Source: Sphingobacteriales bacterium (GTDB taxonomy: Bacteria; Bacteroidota; Bacteroidia; Sphingobacteriales; Sphingobacteriaceae). From it: a stretch of DNA of 64,000 bases. This document shows positions 18,787 through 28,421 of the stretch, in pieces. The notes under the pieces are model-generated. The model did no database searches and was not told the DNA's origin. It saw nothing but the letters and a program-made list of their open reading frames with translations. Position 1 is the stretch's first letter, and each line of letters starts with the position of its first letter. The position numbers were made by a program, and so were the translations under genes. Where the stretch lies: assembly GCA_047635375.1 (NCBI GenBank), contig JBLIKP010000001.1, positions 7,115-71,114 of the forward strand, read 5' to 3'.

Positions 18787-19178
18787 TGGGTACAATATTT
18801 TCTCGCATAATATCAGGAGAATTACCCTGTCATAAGATTGCTGAAACAGACGATTTTCTCGCCTTTTTGGATATTTCTCCACTGGCTACTGGTCACACGT
18901 TGGTAATTCCTAAAAATGAGGTGGATTACATTTTTGACATGGATGAAAAACAATATTTAGAACTTCATTTGTTTGCAAAAAAGGTGGCCATAAATATTCA
19001 AAAAGTTATACTGTGTAAAAGGATTGGTGTTGCTGTAATTGGATTAGAAGTGCCTCATGCCCACATTCATCTGGTTCCAATTAATAACGTAGGTGATATT
19101 AATTTTAGCCGACCAAAACTAACGCCAACCAAGGAAGAATTATCAGCTACAGCTGATAAAATAAGCAGTTTATTTTAA
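18786..19178 (+). CDS. HIT family (histidine triad) protein
   Basis: 130 aa. Histidine triad VPHAHIHLVP. Its ATG overlaps the greA stop by 1 nt (TAATG). Confidence 0.9.
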   Translation: MGTIFSRIISGELPCHKIAETDDFLAFLDISPLATGHTLVIPKNEVDYIFDMDEKQYLELHLFAKKVAINIQKVILCKRIGVAVIGLEVPHAHIHLVPINNVGDINFSRPKLTPTKEELSATADKISSLF

Positions 19179-19721
19179 TCTTTCTGGGTTGTCCTTTAAA
19201 AAAGCATTCCATCCCGAGTAGCCCTTTTCAGATTTTTCGGGATTTCCGTTTTGCAGGTGATGACAAACCGCAGCGGCTAATCCGTCGGTTGCATCGAGTT
19301 TAATGTCTCCAAGTTTAAAGGATAAAATGTTCGTTAGCATTGCAGCCACTTGCTCCTTGCTTGCATTTCCATTGCCAGTAATAGATTGTTTAATTTTTTT
19401 CGGAGAATATTCGGTTATTGGGACCTCTCGGTAAAGACCTGCAGCCATTGCTACCCCTTGGGCCCGGCCCAATTTTAACATTGACTGGACATTTTTACCA
19501 AAGAATGGAGCTTCTATAGAGATGGCATCTGGATTATGCTTATCGATTAATTTTAATGTGGCTTCAAATATTTGTTTTAACCTTAACGCATGGGAATCAG
19601 TTGTTTTCATCTTTAGGATTCCAAGGTCTATTAGGGAAAGTTTGTTTCCTTTAATGCGTACTATCCCAAATCCCATTACATTTGTACCAGGATCAATACC
19701 TAAAATTATTTCCTCCTTCAT
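19170..19721 (-). CDS. ruvC: crossover junction endodeoxyribonuclease RuvC
   Basis: 183 aa. Begins ILGIDPGTNVMGFGIV and shows the RuvC acidic-residue pattern. Its 3' end overlaps the HIT gene convergently by 9 nt. Confidence 0.95.
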   Translation of the reverse strand: MKEEIILGIDPGTNVMGFGIVRIKGNKLSLIDLGILKMKTTDSHALRLKQIFEATLKLIDKHNPDAISIEAPFFGKNVQSMLKLGRAQGVAMAAGLYREVPITEYSPKKIKQSITGNGNASKEQVAAMLTNILSFKLGDIKLDATDGLAAAVCHHLQNGNPEKSEKGYSGWNAFLKDNPERLK

Positions 19722-19772
19722 TAAGGTTTATATTGTTAATATCACCGAATATTGAGACCTTTGGTTCAATCC

Positions 19773-20747
19773 ATGACGACAAAAGCTAAAAAAATTCTTT
19801 TTATTACGGTAAAAATAATCATTCTATTAGCTACACTAATGTTTTTACACGTGAAACTTATAAAGACAGGTAAGTGGAATGATTTTTTAGTTCAGTTTCA
19901 GTCCATTGGCGAGGGTAATACTCTGATTTTTTTAATTATAGGCGTTCTTATGTTGCCCTTTAACACAGGGCTTGAAGCCAAAAAATGGCAATATTTGACA
20001 AAAAAAATTCAAAATATTTCTTTTAAAAGATCTTGGTACGCGGTTTTTTCCGGTGTTACCTTAAATCTTTTCACACCTTTTAATCTAGGAGACTACGCTG
20101 CAAGGACTTTGTATCTCGAAGATAACAATAAGTTAAAAGGCGCGATGTTCACCTTTATATGCGGGATGGGACAATTGGTTGTGACCTTGGTTTTAGGTTT
20201 GCTTTCCCTTCCGTTTTACTTCTTGTATTTCGGGAATTTTGGTTTTACACTTGGATTAGTGCTTTCGGCCATTTCAATATTATTAGCTCTATCCATTTCC
20301 TGGGGATTTTTTAACATTCCTGTGATTTTCCATTGGTTTAGAAAGTTTATAAAGGACAAGAAAATAAGGGTTTACATTAGGTTAATAGAAAATTTATCAA
20401 AATTTGATTTGAGTAAAACCCTTAGATTAAGTTTTTTTAAATTTTTGGTGTACTCAAGTCAATATTATTTTTTTCTACGATTTTTTGGGATTGACGGTTC
20501 AATAATTTTGGTTTACCCATTGTTGTGTCTTGTTTTTTTTACCCAGAGTTTAATACCAACGTTTGCGCTTGTATCTTTCGGTATTAGAGGTGCAGCGGCA
20601 ATCTTTTTTCTTGGTTTGATTTCTCAAAATCATGCCGGGATTCTTGCTGCATCTTTATCCCTGTGGTTGGTTAATTTCATCCTTTCAGGCTTAATAGGCT
20701 TACTTATTATTTTCAGTTTTAATTTTGTACGTGGAGTTAACCGTTAA
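19773..20747 (+). CDS. polytopic membrane protein, MprF-type flippase-like (UPF0104 / lysyl-PG-synthase TM region-like)
   Basis: The ORF-track entry starts at TTG 19752; I prefer ATG 19773 (MTTKAKKILFITVKIIILLATLMFL). It has about 8 hydrophobic helices. The family call rests on overall look and the typical pairing with a GT2, so confidence is moderate. Confidence 0.55.
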   Translation: MTTKAKKILFITVKIIILLATLMFLHVKLIKTGKWNDFLVQFQSIGEGNTLIFLIIGVLMLPFNTGLEAKKWQYLTKKIQNISFKRSWYAVFSGVTLNLFTPFNLGDYAARTLYLEDNNKLKGAMFTFICGMGQLVVTLVLGLLSLPFYFLYFGNFGFTLGLVLSAISILLALSISWGFFNIPVIFHWFRKFIKDKKIRVYIRLIENLSKFDLSKTLRLSFFKFLVYSSQYYFFLRFFGIDGSIILVYPLLCLVFFTQSLIPTFALVSFGIRGAAAIFFLGLISQNHAGILAASLSLWLVNFILSGLIGLLIIFSFNFVRGVNR

Positions 20748-21840
20748 ATTATTCTGGTTTTTATTAGTACTTTATTCACTAATAATAACCTACTTTCTCT
20801 TAGGCTGGTTTAGGTTGAAAAAGCCAAATCAGGCTTTTGATTTCCCTAAAATCTCTGTTTTAATTCCTGCAAGGAATGAAGAGCTAAGACTTGGTCCTTG
20901 TTTGGATTCGTTGATGCTTCAAACTTATCCTAAAGATAAGTTGGAGATAATTGTAATCGACGATCACTCCGAAGACGGGACTTCCCAACTCGCAAGGAGC
21001 TATGGGGTTAAAGTCATTGAAATGAAAGACATCAATACAAATAGTTATAAAAAATTGGCCATTGAAAAAGGGGTTGCTCAAGCCACCGGCGAATATATTT
21101 TAACTACTGATGCGGATTGTTATGTCCCTGAAAATTGGGCAAAGAAAATGGTTTCCTACTTTTTAACTGAGAATGCCAAGTTCATAGCAGGGCCTGTTGC
21201 TTATCATAACGACAATTCTATTTTTGAAAAACTACAACATTTGGAGTTTTTGGCCCTTATAGGAGTTGGAGCAGGCGGGATAGGTCAAAATTTCCCCATG
21301 TTTTGTAATGGTGCGAATTTAGGTTTTCATAGAGATTCGTTTTTAGGATTAGATGGGTTTAAAGGAATAGACGATATCGCATCAGGTGATGACGAATTAT
21401 TACTGCATAGGTTTAGCAGATCATTTCCAAATCAAATTAGTTTTGTGAAATCTTCCGAAGCAATTGTATTAACAGAGGCGGTTTCCTCCATGTCTAAATT
21501 TATTAATCAAAGAAGGAGGTGGGCATCAAAAAGCACTAGACACAAAAATAATTATATAACCCTTATCGCAATAATTACCTTTTTGCTAAATTTATTAATT
21601 GCCCTATTTGGATTATTTTCAGTTTTTTCAATTAAATGGATCTTTCCATTTGTTATTGGATTATTATCAAAGACCATGGTTGAATTGCCGTTAATTTATT
21701 TCTTAACCAAATTCTCCAATAGGAGGGCGTTATTGTGGTGGCTTCCATTTGAGCAATTTTTCTATGTTTTCTATATTGTTTTAATTGCCCCAGCAGGACT
21801 TTTCGGAAAGTACAACTGGAAAGGAAGGAAGGTAAAATAG
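20725..21840 (+). CDS. processive family-2 glycosyltransferase with C-terminal TM helices
   Basis: 371 aa. Contains ISVLIPARNEE, VIDDHSEDGT, TDADC (DxD) and QRRRW (QxxRW). One TM helix lies N-terminal and several lie C-terminal. The start must be TTG 20725 or GTG 20731, because no ATG precedes the first TM helix. It overlaps the upstream gene by about 20 nt. Confidence 0.85.
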   Translation: MYVELTVKLFWFLLVLYSLIITYFLLGWFRLKKPNQAFDFPKISVLIPARNEELRLGPCLDSLMLQTYPKDKLEIIVIDDHSEDGTSQLARSYGVKVIEMKDINTNSYKKLAIEKGVAQATGEYILTTDADCYVPENWAKKMVSYFLTENAKFIAGPVAYHNDNSIFEKLQHLEFLALIGVGAGGIGQNFPMFCNGANLGFHRDSFLGLDGFKGIDDIASGDDELLLHRFSRSFPNQISFVKSSEAIVLTEAVSSMSKFINQRRRWASKSTRHKNNYITLIAIITFLLNLLIALFGLFSVFSIKWIFPFVIGLLSKTMVELPLIYFLTKFSNRRALLWWLPFEQFFYVFYIVLIAPAGLFGKYNWKGRKVK

Positions 21841-21843
21841 ATA

Positions 21844-22935
21844 ATGCGCAAGTTGGAATCAAATTGGACAAGATTTAATCGAAATTCTTTATCGGGCATA
21901 GGTCTAATTGTATGCTCAATAATTCTTTTTGTGGCGGTTTTAGGCTACTATATTATGCCTGATTCAGCGCCAAATGCAAACACCATGAATTTGGCGTTAG
22001 GGTCAAAGGATCCAGGTTTTTCTGTTAAGGGTATTGAGATTATTTCGTCAACTGAAGCGGTAAATTTCGGAAGTAAATTGATCAACGGTGAAACTCCGTC
22101 GTTTGAGTTTATTCCCATTGATTCATTTTATTTTTCTGATACGGAAATTAGTGTTTTTTCATATGATGGGGAGGCTGGGATAAACGGAATTAAGCAGGAT
22201 TATAAATTTGCAGAAATAAAGGATTATGTCGTAACCAATACCTCCTCAATTGTCGTAAAGGAAAAACAATTTTATTTAGGGACAGATAGGTTTGGTCGAG
22301 ATTTGCTAAGCAGATTAATTCTGGGTGCCAGAATTTCTTTTGCCGTGGGGTTTATGGCTGTATTTATTTCAGTTTTTATAGGGGTGTCCGTAGGATTAAT
22401 TGCAGGTTACTTTGGTGGATGGGTAGATAATTTAGTGAGCTGGTTGATAAACGTGATTTGGTCTCTGCCTGCATTATTGTTAGTGATAGCCCTGTCCTTT
22501 GCCCTTGGGAAAGGTTTTATGCAGGTTTTTATAGCGATTGGGCTAAGTATGTGGGTGGAAGTCGCAAGAATCGTTAGAGGTCAAGTATTGGGGGTTAGAA
22601 ATCTTGAATTCGTAGAGGCTGGAAAAGCCTTGGGTTTTGGTGATTTTAGGATTGTTGTCAAACACATTCTTCCAAATATTTTAGGGCCACTTCTTGTAAT
22701 AGCTACTTCAAACTTTGCCTCTGCAATTTTACTCGAAGCGGGAATGAGTTTTCTTGGATATGGAGCACAACCACCAACCCCAAGTTGGGGGAATATGATA
22801 AAAGAAAACTACGCATACATTACGGTAGGGGCATGGCATTTGGCGTTATTTCCTGGGTTGGCAATTATGGCGCTTGTGTTTTCTTTTAACATGATCGCGG
22901 TAGGGTTACGTGATGTGTTTGGATTAAGGGATTAA
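21844..22935 (+). CDS. ABC transporter permease, DppC/OppC-like, with a long periplasmic insert
   Basis: 363 aa. Contains LGTDRFGRDLLSRLILGAR and the EAA-type loop VEAGKALGFGDFRIVVKHILPN. About 110 aa are inserted between TM1 and TM2. It starts 4 nt after the GT2 stop. Confidence 0.85.
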   Translation: MRKLESNWTRFNRNSLSGIGLIVCSIILFVAVLGYYIMPDSAPNANTMNLALGSKDPGFSVKGIEIISSTEAVNFGSKLINGETPSFEFIPIDSFYFSDTEISVFSYDGEAGINGIKQDYKFAEIKDYVVTNTSSIVVKEKQFYLGTDRFGRDLLSRLILGARISFAVGFMAVFISVFIGVSVGLIAGYFGGWVDNLVSWLINVIWSLPALLLVIALSFALGKGFMQVFIAIGLSMWVEVARIVRGQVLGVRNLEFVEAGKALGFGDFRIVVKHILPNILGPLLVIATSNFASAILLEAGMSFLGYGAQPPTPSWGNMIKENYAYITVGAWHLALFPGLAIMALVFSFNMIAVGLRDVFGLRD

Positions 22936-23028
22936 TAATATAAAAATTGACCCTATTTTAATTAATTTTTAAAGTAGGATACTTTAGGTAAATTAGCATT
23001 AGCCATTAAGCTTGGCGAAACCACTAAT

Positions 23029-24273
23029 ATGAACGATTCAGTCATAAAAATTAAGTCATTGTCTTATGACGATATGCAGCGTATATTAATAACGCGGCAA
23101 ATCGAATTGAATTCCCTTTTGGAAATTACACAGGCAATTAACAACAATTTGTCTGCGGAAGCCCTTTTCAAAATGTATCAATTTGTTCTTAGGTTTCACC
23201 TGCATGTCAATAAGTTGGCATTATTTATCGCCAACGAAAAGGACTGGGAGTGTGTAATCCACTTTGGAGTGGAGGAAAATGTATCTCAGCTTAAGGTCGA
23301 TGAAAATTTAATTCGGTACCAAGAAATAAACGATTTGGAGGATCATCCAAATGAGATTTTAAACGATTTTGACATTGTGATTCCCGTTTACCATAAGGCA
23401 AGACCTCTTGCTTTTGCATTAATTGGAGGTTTTTCCGAGGCTGATACCGATTCAAGAAACGGGCTTAAATTTATTAGGACTATTACCAATTTAATCCTTG
23501 TTGCTAACGAGAATAAAAAGCTGTTTAAGGAGCAAATAAAGCAGGAAAAGTTAAGTAAAGAGCTAGAATTGGCAGCCAAAGTTCAAACCATGCTTATCCC
23601 TGATGAACTGCCCTCAAACGAAAAAATTCAATTATCAGCATTATACTTACCCCACCAAAATATTGGCGGAGATTATTATGATTTTATCCGTTTAAATGAG
23701 TCTGAATTCATCTTTTGTATTGCAGATGTAAGCGGTAAAGGGGTTGGAGCAGCCCTAATAATGTCAAATTTGCAGGCCTATATGAGAGCTTTGGTGCAAC
23801 AAGATTTTTCTTTAGAAAAGTTAGTGTCTAGCTTAAATGCAAACGTCTTAAAAAACACCAAAGGGGAACGTTTTATAACCCTTTTCTTAGGGCGATACAA
23901 TTGTGAAACGAGAAAGCTTGATTATATTAATGCAGGGCATAATCCTCCGCAACTGTTTCAAAAAAATAAAATAGTCGAATTAACGGTTGGGTGTACAATT
24001 TTAGGGATGTTTGATGAACTCCCCAAGGTTGAAACCGGATCGGTTAAATTGGATAAAAAGGCGCTTTTGGTGGCTTATACAGATGGGTTAATTGAAATGG
24101 ATGAGTTTGAGGGGGATTCTTTTGATGATGAGGACTTGTCAAGTTTCATTAAAGAAAATCATGCATTAGATTTAGATGATTTTAACAGCAGGCTACTGGC
24201 TAATTTAGACCCGTATAAGCAGCGAAACTTGTTAATTGACGATATTACCTTGCTCAGCTTCCGGGCCCTCTAA
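23029..24273 (+). CDS. GAF-like sensor domain + PP2C/SpoIIE-type serine phosphatase
   Basis: 414 aa. The C-terminal half has GGDYYDF, ADVSGKGVGAALIMS, NAGHNPP, YTDGLIE and DDITLL, which are SpoIIE/PP2C motifs. Confidence 0.85.
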   Translation: MNDSVIKIKSLSYDDMQRILITRQIELNSLLEITQAINNNLSAEALFKMYQFVLRFHLHVNKLALFIANEKDWECVIHFGVEENVSQLKVDENLIRYQEINDLEDHPNEILNDFDIVIPVYHKARPLAFALIGGFSEADTDSRNGLKFIRTITNLILVANENKKLFKEQIKQEKLSKELELAAKVQTMLIPDELPSNEKIQLSALYLPHQNIGGDYYDFIRLNESEFIFCIADVSGKGVGAALIMSNLQAYMRALVQQDFSLEKLVSSLNANVLKNTKGERFITLFLGRYNCETRKLDYINAGHNPPQLFQKNKIVELTVGCTILGMFDELPKVETGSVKLDKKALLVAYTDGLIEMDEFEGDSFDDEDLSSFIKENHALDLDDFNSRLLANLDPYKQRNLLIDDITLLSFRAL

Positions 24274-25701
24274 AACAGGCTTGTTATGGTAAATCTCTAA
24301 AGTTACAATCATGGCAATCATTGCCCAAATAGGAACCCCAGCCTTATCAATGTCTAAAAAATTATTCATTAGGCCATGAACAAAATAGGTAGTTAAGGCA
24401 AGCGTTGCACATGCGGCAAGAATTCTGACCTCCTGAGTTCTTCCATTATAGTAAAGTTCCATCCCACGATGCATCGTTAAAAACACAATACAAAGCCACG
24501 TGATTAATCCGGGAATGCCACTTTCAGAAAGCGGCCCAAGATATTCGCTATGGGCATTGCCTTTATCACCTGTGGTGGTGCTAATAATGGTCATTTCACT
24601 AAACCTTTGGTATGGTCCATATTGAAATGAGTAAGTACCCGGTCCGAATCCAACAATCGGTTTCTCCTTGAACATTCTAATTGCAGCGCTCCACCTATTT
24701 AATCGTTCTGTATTTGAGTCGTCCGTTGAAATGTTGTAGATAGAGTGAATCTGTTTAACATATTCCTTGTCAGAGTCCCGTGTAGCATCTTCTAAAGCAA
24801 TTACAATCTGTTTTTGGAAAATTACCAAACATGAAATCACTCCTATCAACAGAAGCATTAACGTTCTTAGTTTAAACCTGAATTGCATGAAGAAAAATAA
24901 AGCTCCTGCAATTAAAATTGAAATCCAAGCCGCTCTGGTAAAGGAAAGCACTACAGCAATGAGAAAAATCCCGGTAAAGGTGGTGGCAAGGAATTTAATC
25001 ATGGGATTCCCCTTGTTTAGGGATTTTGAGAGCATAATGCCACCCATTAAAAATATTCCAACTGCTATTACCGCAGCATAACCTGTATGATCACCATAAA
25101 AAGGTGTGGGTGCCCAATGGGCTACCTTTTTAGAAAATCCATTTTCTAAATGAACCCAAAAAGTGTATCCAATTATCCCTAAAAGTCCGACAGAATAAAG
25201 CCAGATAAACCTGTAAATATTCTTCTTCTGTTTAAACAATTGCGTCCCCAAAAAATACCAGCAAACTATGAACCACAATCTTCCTAGGAAGAATTTCAGT
25301 GAAATTATGGGCATAGTTGAAGTAATCGTGGTGAACAGTATCCACAATAAGTTGGCTATAATTAAAAATGTAAGAGAATGACGTAAAACATTTTTATCGA
25401 AGGTGCGCTCTTTAAAAAGTTTAAAGAAAAACAGCATCATAATTCCGAATAGGAGGGGTTCCGTAGGGAAATTAAATCCAATTCCACCAGGAAGCGTAAC
25501 AGGCAGTGAAATGGGTGTTAAAAGCGCGATTAAGAAGAGGACCTTGTCAAAAGAAAGTGCAATGAATAAGCCCGTTGCGATAATCACGGGTAGCAGAAGT
25601 ATCCAATACCATTCCATGGCAATGCAAAAACTTGTTGCAGCAATATACCCGATGGATATTGCGTAAAACAGTTTTTCTTTTTTTGTTAAGGAAAATCGCA
25701 T
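24232..25701 (-). CDS. O-antigen ligase / Wzy-like polymerase family membrane protein
   Basis: 489 aa with about 10-12 TM helices. The SFTRAAWISILIAG loop is typical of the Wzy_C/O-antigen ligase domain. Confidence 0.75.
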   Translation of the reverse strand: MRFSLTKKEKLFYAISIGYIAATSFCIAMEWYWILLLPVIIATGLFIALSFDKVLFLIALLTPISLPVTLPGGIGFNFPTEPLLFGIMMLFFFKLFKERTFDKNVLRHSLTFLIIANLLWILFTTITSTMPIISLKFFLGRLWFIVCWYFLGTQLFKQKKNIYRFIWLYSVGLLGIIGYTFWVHLENGFSKKVAHWAPTPFYGDHTGYAAVIAVGIFLMGGIMLSKSLNKGNPMIKFLATTFTGIFLIAVVLSFTRAAWISILIAGALFFFMQFRFKLRTLMLLLIGVISCLVIFQKQIVIALEDATRDSDKEYVKQIHSIYNISTDDSNTERLNRWSAAIRMFKEKPIVGFGPGTYSFQYGPYQRFSEMTIISTTTGDKGNAHSEYLGPLSESGIPGLITWLCIVFLTMHRGMELYYNGRTQEVRILAACATLALTTYFVHGLMNNFLDIDKAGVPIWAMIAMIVTLEIYHNKPVLEGPEAEQGNIVN

Positions 25702-25704
25702 TTC

Positions 25705-26823
25705 CTATTTAAGGTTTTTGAAGTATTCCCTTAAATAATCAGAAATAAATAGAAGTATTAGAGAAAGGAAAAATACGGAGAATGTGGTGCCAAAAACGAT
25801 TACCGATCGAACAGGAGTTGCTTTAATTTCAGAAACCTCTGCCTTATTAATGATAAATTTCTGCGGAAGCGTTTTTTCGTAATCAATAGTAGCCTTGTCC
25901 AATTTCAGCTTTAATTCGCTTAAATTTTGTTGCTCTAAATCCATTTGGTTTGAGAAGTAAATATACTTTCCACCGTATTTTGCTAGTAGGTTAAGTTTAT
26001 TTTCCAGCTCTTTCTTTTTTGCAAGGGCGCCATTTAATCTAGCGGTTGTTCCAAGAATTAATGAATCCGGGACGTTTCCTTTATACTCTTTATAAGTTTT
26101 TAACTTGGCTTGCTCATCTTGGGTGTTGGCTAATGCTTTAATAAATTGATCGTTAATAATCGCCGATTGTGACTCATAGTCGTAAATCCCAATATTCCTT
26201 AGGGCATTTAAAGAATCATTTAATTGATTAATGTTGCCAACCCTAGCTGTGTATTCGGCTTTAACAATATTAAAAGCTTCTAATGCTCTAATTTTTTGAA
26301 TTCTATTTTTTGTAGTATCCAGCATCTCCCCGATAAAATTAGCGATGTCAGCTGCAACTTGGGGATCGGAGTCAAGCACTTTAACTTGAATCGCGTTATA
26401 TTCTGTACGCTTATAGGTAATGTTTTTGTTGAATGTTTCGGATACGTTTGTTTTAAATTCTTTTTTGGTGGTATCGATGTCGTAATGTGCTACCAGATTA
26501 AAGTCTGATATTACACGATTTTTAATTTCTCCAGAACCTAAAATCTGCAGAATTTGATCAACCTGCTCCTTTTCGCCAAATGCTAAAACATCTTTTTTAT
26601 TGCCGCCCTCGTCAAGAAGTGCGCCTGAAACTGATGTGGTTGCCGTAGGATAAAAAATAAGGGTTGATTTAAATTTAGGCGTAATAAAAGCTGGACCCGA
26701 GAATATTATTGAGGATATCCCAGCTAATAGAGTAACCACAATTAATTGTATTTTGTATTTCCAGACAAAGTCAAGAAGGGTGACTATATTAAAGGAATAA
26801 TTGTTGTTTTTATTGCTTTCCAT
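25705..26823 (-). CDS. Wzz-like polysaccharide chain-length determinant (no kinase domain)
   Basis: 372 aa. One TM helix lies near the N-terminus (IQLIVVTLLAGISSIIF) and one at the C-terminus (VIVFGTTFSVFFLSLILLFI), with a coiled-coil periplasmic region between them. The gap to the downstream ligase-like gene is 3 nt. Confidence 0.7.
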   Translation of the reverse strand: MESNKNNNYSFNIVTLLDFVWKYKIQLIVVTLLAGISSIIFSGPAFITPKFKSTLIFYPTATTSVSGALLDEGGNKKDVLAFGEKEQVDQILQILGSGEIKNRVISDFNLVAHYDIDTTKKEFKTNVSETFNKNITYKRTEYNAIQVKVLDSDPQVAADIANFIGEMLDTTKNRIQKIRALEAFNIVKAEYTARVGNINQLNDSLNALRNIGIYDYESQSAIINDQFIKALANTQDEQAKLKTYKEYKGNVPDSLILGTTARLNGALAKKKELENKLNLLAKYGGKYIYFSNQMDLEQQNLSELKLKLDKATIDYEKTLPQKFIINKAEVSEIKATPVRSVIVFGTTFSVFFLSLILLFISDYLREYFKNLK

Positions 26824-26862
26824 TCAATTAGGTTTTGACATTGTAATCATGCAAAATTAATA

Positions 26863-28320
26863 TTAAAATCGTTTTTGACCACCCATCGACCGTAAAAAAG
26901 ATATTCCTTTTCCCAAGGGGATGATTTTTAATCCGAAAACAAGTGCAAGTCCAAGGGTTATTTGAAGCAATAATTCCTGAATATGATTGAAATGCCCCGC
27001 CGTTTTAATCATCCACATGCCAATTGGAGTAAGGGTAAGAAAGCCAATGAAAGCTAAAACCTTTAAAATTTTAGGGGTGAAGTTAAATTCTTTTTTACAA
27101 ATAATTAATTGAGCCATGGCTGTAAATCCTTGGGTAAATATTGTTGCCCAAACGGCACCTTCGGCCTTGTATTCTGGTATCAGGATAAAATTTAAAATCA
27201 CATTAATAAATACTCCGATAATGGCAACCCTATTTAATTTTTTTAAGCTCCCATTTGCCGTTAATAATGTTCCGAAAACATAATTGGTGGAGGTGAATAC
27301 AAAAACCATCATTAATAGCCCAAATAGGTTATTGGCGTATTCAGTTGTTCCAGGGTAAAGTAGTGTGAATATTTGTTCTCTTTGGAAAAAACATAACGAA
27401 GCTAAAACTACAGAACCTCCAAAGAGGAGGGAAAAGCTTATACCTGCCAAGGGGGCGGGAGACTTTTTCTTTTTGAGCATAGTTGCAAACATTGGCAATA
27501 AAAGGGTTGCAAAAAGGTAGGCTATCATTGAAGATGCATCAAGGAGACGGTAGCCCATGGCGTAGTAACCAGATTCGATTGCACCATCGGGGAGCATTCT
27601 TTCTAGCATTACTGTATCTAGGCGAGTGTAAATCATCATGAGCACAATTAGCAATGCAAAAGGATAGGCGCTTTTTAATATGCTTTTCATCCGCGTAAGC
27701 GATGGTTTGAAAGAAATTGTCCCAGAATAAAAAATCACTACTGCAAAGGCTATTGTTGCCGTAAGTGATAAACTCACAGTCTGTAGTAGTACAAAAGTTT
27801 TAATGGTCAAATCTACCTCAAGCCCACCGTATAAAACTGGCGCTAAAATTATTATCATTAATAATTTGTCTAGGCTGCTTAGGAGGCTGTCGGTTTTGAA
27901 TTTTTGAAGCCCTGAAATGTTACTTCGAAAGAATAGGATGAAACTATTTATTGCTTGATTCAAGGCCAGCCAAAGTAATAGTTGGAAGCTTAATCCAGAA
28001 TACCCCATGATTAATCCTGCAATTATTACGATTATTGCGAAAAGTCCGCTTAGGATTATTTTTAATGCTAAAACATCTGGCAAATATTTTTTAAGTAAAA
28101 AATGATGTTGAGCAATATTACGGTTGTTGTAATTTGTTAATCCTACATCAGCGAAAATGGAAAAAATAAAAGTAAGATTGAAAAGTGCATAATATAGGCC
28201 GTAGGATTCTGGTCCTACAAGATTCTGAACACCCCTGTCAATTCCCAACAACCAAACCGGCTTGATGATAATATTTATCATCAATAAAAGCAAAAGGTTT
28301 ATTAGGAAGGTTTTTTTCAT
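26863..28320 (-). CDS. Wzx-type oligosaccharide/polysaccharide flippase (MOP superfamily)
   Basis: 485 aa with about 12-14 TM helices and a typical polysaccharide-biosynthesis-protein profile. Confidence 0.8.
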   Translation of the reverse strand: MKKTFLINLLLLLMINIIIKPVWLLGIDRGVQNLVGPESYGLYYALFNLTFIFSIFADVGLTNYNNRNIAQHHFLLKKYLPDVLALKIILSGLFAIIVIIAGLIMGYSGLSFQLLLWLALNQAINSFILFFRSNISGLQKFKTDSLLSSLDKLLMIIILAPVLYGGLEVDLTIKTFVLLQTVSLSLTATIAFAVVIFYSGTISFKPSLTRMKSILKSAYPFALLIVLMMIYTRLDTVMLERMLPDGAIESGYYAMGYRLLDASSMIAYLFATLLLPMFATMLKKKKSPAPLAGISFSLLFGGSVVLASLCFFQREQIFTLLYPGTTEYANNLFGLLMMVFVFTSTNYVFGTLLTANGSLKKLNRVAIIGVFINVILNFILIPEYKAEGAVWATIFTQGFTAMAQLIICKKEFNFTPKILKVLAFIGFLTLTPIGMWMIKTAGHFNHIQELLLQITLGLALVFGLKIIPLGKGISFLRSMGGQKRF

Positions 28321-28421
28321 TTTTTAGATTTCCGGATGATTTACAAATTTCACAAACTATTTCTTTTTAACGGGTCAATAATCAATAAATTTGACCATAT
28401 TCATAAATTAACGAATCAAAA

